64,000 nt of DNA, taken from NCBI GenBank assembly GCA_024280775.1, contig JAJRPM010000014.1:78477-142476 (forward strand), written 5' to 3'. Positions 15,348-23,399 of the stretch are shown here, piece by piece. A program made the position numbers and the translations under genes. The DNA is from Candidatus Zixiibacteriota bacterium. Its GTDB lineage: Bacteria > Zixibacteria > MSB-5A5 > GN15 > JACZUZ01. Positions within the stretch are counted from its first letter, which is position 1. Every line of letters starts with the position of its first letter. A model generated the notes under the pieces. It was not told the DNA's origin. It was given only the letters and a program-made list of their open reading frames with translations, and ran no database searches.

Positions 15348-18014
15348 CTACTTTGAGAATCCGACCTGCCAGTTGTTTATGAAACTGATTTGGGTTGTTG
15401 CATTGCCGTCGCCGGCTACCTGATTTACAAGAAAACGTAATGGTGAATCATGGACATCATAAACTGTACCGAGACGGAAGCCTCTGACTTGAAACAGCTT
15501 GCTAACTTTGCCAGCTTTGAACACCGAACCAATGGCGCTGACATGGGCGACATTGATGAAGTCGTCATCATCAAGATAGTAGATTCTTCTACCATCGCTG
15601 CTCCACCTAGGTTTGGCTCCGCCATCGATAGAAACCTGCCATTTGCCATTCAATTCAGGAAATGGTGAGACATAGACCTCAGACTGGCCAGTTTCATCAG
15701 ATGTATAAGCCATCCACTGACCATCGCGGGAAAGCACGGCCTCAGTTTCATCAAACTGGGCTTCCAACAATGGATACGGTTGGATACTCGTATCGAGAGG
15801 AATCACCCAGGTGTCTGTCTGAACATTGGAAGAGTTTTCCGCAAACAGCAATTTGCCATCGGCAGACCAACTCATAAGAAACAGACTATTCCCGTTGATT
15901 TCGGCCAGCAATTCCGGTTCGCCGACACCGCTTGTTGTCTTGACGAGAACATGAGTTATTGAATCGACTTGAGCAACGTAGGCAATTCTATCTCCAGTAG
16001 GTGACCATGTGGGTGTGAATTCATCGGCGCTGTCAAACGTAAAACGCGTGCGGATACCACGCTGAATATTGTGTATCCAGATATCAGTTCCGTCGGTATT
16101 TTCGTCTCGCACATCTGAGGCCACACTTTCGCCGTCCGGCGAGAATCTCGGCGTGTATTGTTGAGTCTGTTCACCGACAGTATCCAGAATAGTTCCCGTG
16201 GAGTCCATCACGAGTAGGTTGGAGCCATTAAATATCGCGCCTGAACGAAAGATGAGTTTCCCGTCGGGGGACGCATCAAAAATGCCGTGACTCCAGGCTC
16301 CAAGATAGGAAACCGCCTCTGCCACAGGCGCTCCATCACCAGTATGCTCCAATGCGTCCGTGTCAAACGGTTGAGCCATCAAGATATTGTTGCGCATATA
16401 TAAGATATGCCCCTGCGAAAAAACTCCCTGAGACTTTGCATAGGTCAAATGCTTCGTTGTGCCATCAAGCAAAGATGAAACACGGATAGCATCTTTTTCA
16501 CCTCCAGCTCCGCTTCTAGTGCGAGCAAAGTATAGGAAGTGGTCACCGTCCGGGAGAAACTGCGCCCAACGATGCGTAATGTCACGTGTGGTCGAATCCA
16601 ACGTGGTAACCTGCTTCGGCTCTCCACCTGCAGATGAAACACGAAATATAGCGCCGGTAAAGCTTGGCGTAAAGATAATGACGTTATCGTTATTCCAGCT
16701 TCCACCACGACCTTGCGCTGCATCACAAAGAGTCAGCGCTGGACCGCCTGTTGCCAGAATTTTCTTGAGTTTACCACCGGTAAAAAAGGCGACATATTTG
16801 CTATCTGGTGACCAGAAAGGGAAGTATGCGTCCTTTGTCCCGGGCAAAGCGACAGAAACCGATGAACTGAATGAACGCACGAAAAGCATTATATCTCCAC
16901 TAACCGTGTCCTTGGCTGGGTATGCGATTTTCAATCCGTCTGGTGAGATAGCCATTGAGCCACCACCAACGTCGGACAGCGTTGCGCCGTTTTCGGTCAG
17001 GATGGTTGAAGAAAGTTTCTCTGGTGGAGTTTGGAGCTTCATTAGGAGCGCTCCGGCAAGTCCGACACTGAGCAGAATGAAAACAGCCGCGACAATCCAA
17101 GCGGTTTTCGATGCGCCAACCACTTTGCTGGCTAATAGCGAGCTAGCGCTCGATCCGCCATCACGAATCAATTCCAAAGAGCGCTTCAAGTCACCTGCTG
17201 ACTGCCAACGCTGGTCAGGGTCTTTACTAAGACATTGCTTAATAACTTTCTCAAGCGCCACCGGTGTCTTGGAAGAGAATTCAGAAACATCACGCGGTTG
17301 TTCCTTAAGAACCGAAGCAATCAAACTAGCGCGACTCTTACCCTCGAACGCGTTTTGCCCAGTGGCCATTTGATATAGTGTGGCTCCGAAAGCGAAAATA
17401 TCACTACGAGCGTCGGCCTCTTCGCCTTCAAGTTGCTCGGGCGACATATACTGCAAGGTACCGATGATGGCCCCTTGAGTTGTCAGCGGTGTGGTACGAG
17501 TTTCGGCGCTGGAGAGCGCATCGAGAAACCCTGCTTGCGGGGTGAACTTTGCCAAACCGAAGTCGAGTAGTTTCGCGCCCTCCTTAGTGAGCATGACGTT
17601 GCCGGGTTTGAGGTCACGATGCACCAAGCCCTGCTTGTGCGCTTTGTCGAGCGCATCGGCAATTTGTATGGCAACTGTAAGAAGTTCTTCGGAAGGAAGA
17701 GGCCCTTTGGCAAGTCTATCGGAGAGTGTCTCACCCTCGATGTATTCCATAACTAGATAGTCGATGCCGTCTTCAGAGCCGATGTCAAACAGTGTACAGA
17801 TATTGGGGTGATTCAACCCCGCTATAACTTTAGCTTCGCGCTCAAAGCGCTCTTTGATATCAGCGCTGTTGGCAACTTTTGCGTGCAGGACTTTGATTGC
17901 CACTTCTCTATCGAGACGAGTGTCTGTGGCTTTGTATACTTCGCCCATACCACCAGCCCCGGCCGAGCCTAGAATTTTGTAATGACCGAGTTGTTTACCT
18001 GTTTCTATACCCAT
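15348..18014 (-). CDS. Receptor-type Ser/Thr kinase: kinase domain, one TM helix, TolB/PD40 beta-propeller ectodomain (STK1)
   Basis: The 888-aa ORF has kinase motifs (GAGGMGEVYKA, VAIK, HRDLKPGNV, DFGLAK, SPEQ), the TM helix AWIVAAVFILLSVGLAGALLM, and repeated PD40 motifs (FSPDG, WSPTGDRIAY, WSADGK, LSRDGQWMAY, RWSSDGR). Confidence 0.9.
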   Translation of the reverse strand: MGIETGKQLGHYKILGSAGAGGMGEVYKATDTRLDREVAIKVLHAKVANSADIKERFEREAKVIAGLNHPNICTLFDIGSEDGIDYLVMEYIEGETLSDRLAKGPLPSEELLTVAIQIADALDKAHKQGLVHRDLKPGNVMLTKEGAKLLDFGLAKFTPQAGFLDALSSAETRTTPLTTQGAIIGTLQYMSPEQLEGEEADARSDIFAFGATLYQMATGQNAFEGKSRASLIASVLKEQPRDVSEFSSKTPVALEKVIKQCLSKDPDQRWQSAGDLKRSLELIRDGGSSASSLLASKVVGASKTAWIVAAVFILLSVGLAGALLMKLQTPPEKLSSTILTENGATLSDVGGGSMAISPDGLKIAYPAKDTVSGDIMLFVRSFSSSVSVALPGTKDAYFPFWSPDSKYVAFFTGGKLKKILATGGPALTLCDAAQGRGGSWNNDNVIIFTPSFTGAIFRVSSAGGEPKQVTTLDSTTRDITHRWAQFLPDGDHFLYFARTRSGAGGEKDAIRVSSLLDGTTKHLTYAKSQGVFSQGHILYMRNNILMAQPFDTDALEHTGDGAPVAEAVSYLGAWSHGIFDASPDGKLIFRSGAIFNGSNLLVMDSTGTILDTVGEQTQQYTPRFSPDGESVASDVRDENTDGTDIWIHNIQRGIRTRFTFDSADEFTPTWSPTGDRIAYVAQVDSITHVLVKTTSGVGEPELLAEINGNSLFLMSWSADGKLLFAENSSNVQTDTWVIPLDTSIQPYPLLEAQFDETEAVLSRDGQWMAYTSDETGQSEVYVSPFPELNGKWQVSIDGGAKPRWSSDGRRIYYLDDDDFINVAHVSAIGSVFKAGKVSKLFQVRGFRLGTVYDVHDSPLRFLVNQVAGDGNATTQISFINNWQVGFSK

Positions 18015-18031
18015 AAGAATTCGTAATCCTG

Positions 18032-20704
18032 TTACTTATTGATCTCAGCATGCCAGTTTTGTATCAGCGTGATACTGGTTGCAGGTGTTTCGCCCTCTAA
18101 TCGAGAATTGACCAAAAAACGTGTTCCATCACCAGAGACTTTAAATATATCACTTGGACGTAACGGGTTAATTCCAAAAAGCTTCTTTATTCTGCCAACC
18201 CTAAAACCAGCGCCACTACCGTCAACCTCGGCGACATTTATGGAATCCTGCTTATCCACATAGAACAATTTAGTTCCATCAGCGCTCCAATGCGGAAATT
18301 GACCCTGATTGTTCGACACCTGCCACTTCCCCCCAGGACCTGGGAATGGAGAAACATAAACTTCTGACTTACCAGATTCGTCAGATACATAAGCCACCCA
18401 TTTACCGTCGGGAGAAAATTCGGCGTCACTTTCACCAAACTCTGAATTAAATAACGGGTAAGCGCTTGTGCTATCCTTTAGTTCCAACACCCAAATATCT
18501 CCACCATTCTCCTCAACGAATAAGAGAATGTATTTGCCATCACTCGACCAGTCCAAAGGTAATGTCAGAGCTTTGTGCGAATAAACTGTCTCACTTTCCG
18601 AGGCCCCGCTTACAGGTTTAGTGTGGATGTCATAGCCACCAGTACGCTGTGAAGTGAATGCGGCTTTTTCACCATCAGGTGACCAAATAGGGGTATAATC
18701 ATTGTCACTATCAAAAGTAAACCTAGTCATAATCCCTCTCTCGGTATTATGAATCCAAATACTCCAAGTCGAACTCGACTGGTCAAGAATATCTACCAAA
18801 ATTTGTTTTTCGTCAGGAGACCAAGCTTGCGAGTACTGGCGAGCATTATCTCCAATGCTGTCAATGATCTTGCCCGAAGTGTCGTAGATAACGAGCTGTG
18901 ATCCGATTGAAATCGGCCCCTCGCGAAAAGCCAATTTACCGTCAGGTGATGCGCTGAATATTCCTCGACTCCACTCTCCCAAATATGTGACTCCCTCAGC
19001 GACAGGAAATCCATCAGCTCTAAACTCCAATTCAGCAAGATCAAATGGACGAGCCATCAATGTGTTTGACCTCATATATAGAATGTGTCCTTGGGAATAA
19101 GCAACCGATGACTTTGTATGAAGCAATCTCTTGATTTTGTCAGGTTCAGAGAGAGAACTAACGGCGACAACATCCTTTTCGCTGCCACCTTCGCCACGAG
19201 TGCGAATAAAAAGGATAAAGTGATCACCATCGGGAAGGAATTTCACCCAACGGTGGGTGTAGTCTTCTAGTGTGGAATCCAAAGCTGTGACGGGTGATGA
19301 CTCACCTCCACTGGCAGAGACTCGATAAACAACATCCATCGCAGTAGGAGTAAAGATAATCACATCCTCGGCATTCCAATCCCCCGGACGGCCATCAGCC
19401 GCATCGCAAAGCGTTAACGCCGGACCACCACTGGCGAGAATCTTCTTTAGCTTTTTATCTGTCCTGGAAAAGAAAGCCACATAGCGGCTGTCATGTGACC
19501 AAAATGGAAAATACGCGTTCTTGGTGCCTGGCAACTGCAAAGCCACATCCGAGTTGAGCGCTCGAACCCAAAGCATTTCATCTCCAGAAATAGTATCGCG
19601 AGCCACAAATGCAATCTTCAGCCCGTCTGAAGACAGACTCAAAGACCCGCCGCCATAAGCGGTTAATTGATTGTCCTCTGGCAAATGTAAACGCGAAAAC
19701 ACTTTATTAACTGTAACAGCGCTCGGGAAAAGTGTCATATACCCAAGAACAGCGCTAACAGCGACAAATACTGCGGCAACCGCCCAACCAACCATCGAAG
19801 TCCGCTTGGCATTCTTGGCTTCAACTCCAAAAAATCCAGCAGCAGAACCGCCTTCGGCCATCCATTGCAAAGCTCGCTTGAGATCACCAGCAGACTGCCA
19901 GCGTTGATCGGGGTCTTTGGTCAAACACTGACTGACAACCTTATCAAGCATCACAGGAGCCAATGACTGCGATGCCGAAATCGCCTCTGGTTGTGTGGTC
20001 AATACTGATGCAATCAGTGAGGCTTGTGACTCACCAGAAAACGCCCGTTTACCAGTAGCCATTTCATAAAGCGTAGCGCCAAAAGCAAAGATGTCACTAC
20101 GCGCATCAGCCTCTTTGCCTTCCAATTGTTCTGGAGCCATATAATGCATGGTGCCGATAATCGTGCCACGACTAGTCAACGGAGTGGTCTGGGTAATGCC
20201 GCTAAAGTCTGGATTTGAAGTTGGTCCGCCCGCAAGTTTCGCCAAACCAAAATCAAGAAGCTTGGCGCCATCTTTGGTCAGCATCACATTTCCAGGTTTC
20301 AAATCACGATGCACCAACCCCTGCTTATGCGCTTTGTCGAGGGCATCGGCAATTTGAATTGCCACAGTCAATAGCTCGTCGCTTGGCAATGGCCCTTTAG
20401 CAAGCCTATCGGAAAGAGACTCACCTTCAATAAACTCCATCACCAAATAGTCAATGCCCTCCTCTGAGCCAATATCAAATAGCGTACAGATATTAGGATG
20501 ATTCAATCCAGCAATGACTTTGGCCTCGCGCTCAAAGCGCTCTTTGATATCAGCGCTGTTGGCAACTTTTGCGTGCAGGACTTTGATTGCCACTTCTCTA
20601 TCGAGACGAGTGTCTGTGGCTTTGTATACTTCGCCCATACCACCAGCCCCGGCCGAGCCGAGAATCTTGTAAGGTCCGAGTTGTTTTCCGGTTTCTAATG
20701 CCAT
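18032..20704 (-). CDS. Receptor-type Ser/Thr kinase with TM helix and PD40 propeller (STK2)
   Basis: An 890-aa paralog of STK1 with the same architecture. It lies 17 nt from STK1. Confidence 0.9.
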   Translation of the reverse strand: MALETGKQLGPYKILGSAGAGGMGEVYKATDTRLDREVAIKVLHAKVANSADIKERFEREAKVIAGLNHPNICTLFDIGSEEGIDYLVMEFIEGESLSDRLAKGPLPSDELLTVAIQIADALDKAHKQGLVHRDLKPGNVMLTKDGAKLLDFGLAKLAGGPTSNPDFSGITQTTPLTSRGTIIGTMHYMAPEQLEGKEADARSDIFAFGATLYEMATGKRAFSGESQASLIASVLTTQPEAISASQSLAPVMLDKVVSQCLTKDPDQRWQSAGDLKRALQWMAEGGSAAGFFGVEAKNAKRTSMVGWAVAAVFVAVSAVLGYMTLFPSAVTVNKVFSRLHLPEDNQLTAYGGGSLSLSSDGLKIAFVARDTISGDEMLWVRALNSDVALQLPGTKNAYFPFWSHDSRYVAFFSRTDKKLKKILASGGPALTLCDAADGRPGDWNAEDVIIFTPTAMDVVYRVSASGGESSPVTALDSTLEDYTHRWVKFLPDGDHFILFIRTRGEGGSEKDVVAVSSLSEPDKIKRLLHTKSSVAYSQGHILYMRSNTLMARPFDLAELEFRADGFPVAEGVTYLGEWSRGIFSASPDGKLAFREGPISIGSQLVIYDTSGKIIDSIGDNARQYSQAWSPDEKQILVDILDQSSSTWSIWIHNTERGIMTRFTFDSDNDYTPIWSPDGEKAAFTSQRTGGYDIHTKPVSGASESETVYSHKALTLPLDWSSDGKYILLFVEENGGDIWVLELKDSTSAYPLFNSEFGESDAEFSPDGKWVAYVSDESGKSEVYVSPFPGPGGKWQVSNNQGQFPHWSADGTKLFYVDKQDSINVAEVDGSGAGFRVGRIKKLFGINPLRPSDIFKVSGDGTRFLVNSRLEGETPATSITLIQNWHAEINK

Positions 20705-20723
20705 CCAAGTGTTTCCCTGTATC

Positions 20724-23390
20724 TTATTTCTTGTCAGTCAGAAGTGCATCCCAGTTTAGGATCATAGTCATTGGCTCAACTTTTTTGTTTGAGCCACTGG
20801 GTAGCTGGTTGACATAGAATTTTGTGCCATCTGAGTTGATTGCAAAAGTATTGCCGAGTTGTTCGCCAGAAATTTTGAAGAGCGCTCGCACAGCGCCTGG
20901 ATGGAAACTAGAACCTGAGCCACCAACTTCCGCGACATTTATCACGCCCTTATCATCAAGATAATATAAACGCTTTCCATCAGCGCTCCATTTAGGCTTG
21001 TCACCATTATTTATTGAAACCTGCCACTTGCCGCTGACGGCAGGGAAAGAGGTCACATAGACTTCAGGATTACCAGATTCGTCGGAAGTAAATGCTAACC
21101 ACCGGCCATCTGCAGAAAGAACTGGGGCCACATTGGCGCTTGCTAAATCAAAAATACGTCTCGACTTCTCTATTGAATCCAATGGAAGTATCCAAGCCGC
21201 ATCTGGGTTGGATCTCTTGGCTGCGAACAGGTATTTTCCGTCGGCCGACCAACTCGACAGGAACATATTTTCTTTGGATGCAAACAAGTGAGTTGCATCT
21301 CCCATCCCATCTGCTGACCTTCTGTAAATTATTGTAGAATCTCCAGTTTGAGTGATATAGGCAATTGATTCACCATCAGGGGACCATACGGGAGTGAAAC
21401 TATTGAGACTATCAAATGTCATTCGCCGTTTAATACCGCGACTGATATCATGTATCCAAATATTCGACCAACCAGATTGGGAATCAATTTCACCGGCAAC
21501 ATATCGCTCATCAGGAGAAAGACTAATAGTATACTGTGTTTCCCAATCTCCAATTGAATCCAAAGCCAAACCACTTGAATCAAAAACAGTTATCATCGAG
21601 CCTAGTTGAAGCTCACCAGTGCGGAAAATAATTTTCCCATCTGGTGAGAGTGTGAACAGGCTTCTGGAATAATTATCCACAAATGACACATTTTCAGCAA
21701 TTGGCTGTCCATCGCCAACTAACGCCAATTTGTCTAAGTCAAATGGCTGCGCCATCAAAGTGTTGTTTCTGGCATAGACAATGTGTCCTCGCGCAAAGGC
21801 AGCGTTTGATTTTGCGTGGATCAAGTGTTCTTGTTTACCAGTTGAAAGTGCCCCGATTCTAATTGCATCTTTTTCGCCACCAGTGGCAGAGCCTGTTCGC
21901 GCATAATACAAATAGTGATCGCCATCAGGTAGGAAAGACGGCCAGCGATGCGTAAGGTCGTTATTGGTTGAATCCAACGTGGTTAACTGTTTGGCCTGTC
22001 CTCCAGCGGCAGAAACTTGAAACAGAGGTCCGACCGAGTTAGGAGTGAAGATTATCACATCATTCTGATTCCACGAACCAGTTCTGCCATTGGGCGCGTC
22101 ACAAAGCGTAAGCGTTGGACCGCCTGTAGCTAGAATCTTCTTTAGCTTGCCTCTTATGAAAAATGCAATGTAACGACTATCGGACGACCAAAACGGCATC
22201 CAGGAGTCACTGGTGCCAGCAAGTTTGATTGAAGTGGGCGAATCGAATTTTCTAACCCACAAAAATTCCTTGCCGTTAATCGTGTCAGCAGCGTTAAATA
22301 CAACCATCTTCCCATCAGGAGAAAGAGCAAGCGAGCCACCAGCTAATCCAGCAAGTCTGGTTCCAGCTGGCGCCGTTATACTTGCATGGATTACTTCTCG
22401 TTGAATCTCTTCTTGATTAAACGCCAAATATCCAAAAAATGCAGTTGTAACCAACAAAACCGCTGTAACTACCCCGAGAACGATAGTCGAAGAGCTGGAA
22501 GGTTTTGCAGATCCCACAGTGACATTCGAAGCGCCATCACGAATCAATTCCAATGAGCGTTTCAAATCTCCTGCCGACTGCCAACGTTGCTCCGGGTCTT
22601 TGCTGAGACATTGCTTAATAACTTTCTCAAGCGCCAATGGTGTCTTAGTGGTAATCTCAGAAATATCACGTGGTTGCTCTTTAAGCACTGAAGCAATTAG
22701 ACTCGCGCGGCTTTTTCCTGCGAAAGCGTTTTGGCCGGTGGCCATCTGATAAAGTGTTGCTCCGAATGCAAAAATGTCACTACGCGCATCTGCCTCTTCG
22801 CCTTCTAGTTGCTCTGGCGCCATGAATTGTAATGTGCCGATGATAGCCCCCTGCGTAGTAAGCGGAGTAGTGCGAGTCTCAGCGCTAGAGAGCGCGTCAA
22901 GAAATCCCGCCTGAGGAGTAAACTTCGCCAAACCAAAATCAAGAAGCTTTGCACCCTCTTTGGTCAGCATCACATTGCCGGGTTTCAAATCACGATGCAC
23001 CAACCCCTGCTTATGCGCTTTGTCCAGCGCATCAGCAATTTGGATTGCAACTGTCAGCAACTCTTCGTTCGGCAACGGCCCCTTGGCGAGCCTATCAGAG
23101 AGCGTCTCACCCTCAATGAACTCCATCACCAAGTAGTCAATGCCTTCGGCTTCACCAATATCGAACAGCGTACAGATATTCGGATGATTAAGACCTGCGA
23201 TTACCTTGGCCTCGCGCTCAAAACGCTCCTTGATATCGGCGCTATTAGCTACTTTTGCGTGCAGAACCTTGATTGCCACTTCTCTATCGAGACGAGTGTC
23301 TGTGGCTTTGTATACTTCGCCCATTCCGCCGGCCCCGGCCGAGCCGAGAATTTTGTAAGGACCGAGCTGTTTACCTACTTCTAATGCCAT
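20724..23390 (-). CDS. Receptor-type Ser/Thr kinase with TM helix and PD40 propeller (STK3)
   Basis: An 888-aa paralog with the same architecture. It lies 19 nt from STK2. Confidence 0.9.
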   Translation of the reverse strand: MALEVGKQLGPYKILGSAGAGGMGEVYKATDTRLDREVAIKVLHAKVANSADIKERFEREAKVIAGLNHPNICTLFDIGEAEGIDYLVMEFIEGETLSDRLAKGPLPNEELLTVAIQIADALDKAHKQGLVHRDLKPGNVMLTKEGAKLLDFGLAKFTPQAGFLDALSSAETRTTPLTTQGAIIGTLQFMAPEQLEGEEADARSDIFAFGATLYQMATGQNAFAGKSRASLIASVLKEQPRDISEITTKTPLALEKVIKQCLSKDPEQRWQSAGDLKRSLELIRDGASNVTVGSAKPSSSSTIVLGVVTAVLLVTTAFFGYLAFNQEEIQREVIHASITAPAGTRLAGLAGGSLALSPDGKMVVFNAADTINGKEFLWVRKFDSPTSIKLAGTSDSWMPFWSSDSRYIAFFIRGKLKKILATGGPTLTLCDAPNGRTGSWNQNDVIIFTPNSVGPLFQVSAAGGQAKQLTTLDSTNNDLTHRWPSFLPDGDHYLYYARTGSATGGEKDAIRIGALSTGKQEHLIHAKSNAAFARGHIVYARNNTLMAQPFDLDKLALVGDGQPIAENVSFVDNYSRSLFTLSPDGKIIFRTGELQLGSMITVFDSSGLALDSIGDWETQYTISLSPDERYVAGEIDSQSGWSNIWIHDISRGIKRRMTFDSLNSFTPVWSPDGESIAYITQTGDSTIIYRRSADGMGDATHLFASKENMFLSSWSADGKYLFAAKRSNPDAAWILPLDSIEKSRRIFDLASANVAPVLSADGRWLAFTSDESGNPEVYVTSFPAVSGKWQVSINNGDKPKWSADGKRLYYLDDKGVINVAEVGGSGSSFHPGAVRALFKISGEQLGNTFAINSDGTKFYVNQLPSGSNKKVEPMTMILNWDALLTDKK

Positions 23391-23399
23391 GGAGTTCCC

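Noticed and set aside
16459-17373. A 304-aa ORF on the plus strand, antisense to STK1. A similar 247-aa antisense ORF lies at 24685-25428 opposite STK4, and shorter ones lie opposite STK2 and STK3.
   Set aside because: The translations are low-complexity (Ser/Pro/Ala/Arg-rich) with no recognisable motif. They lie entirely inside well-supported kinase genes. Their similarity to each other is simply the mirror of the paralogy of the sense genes. This is typical of an open antisense frame, not evidence for overlapping genes.
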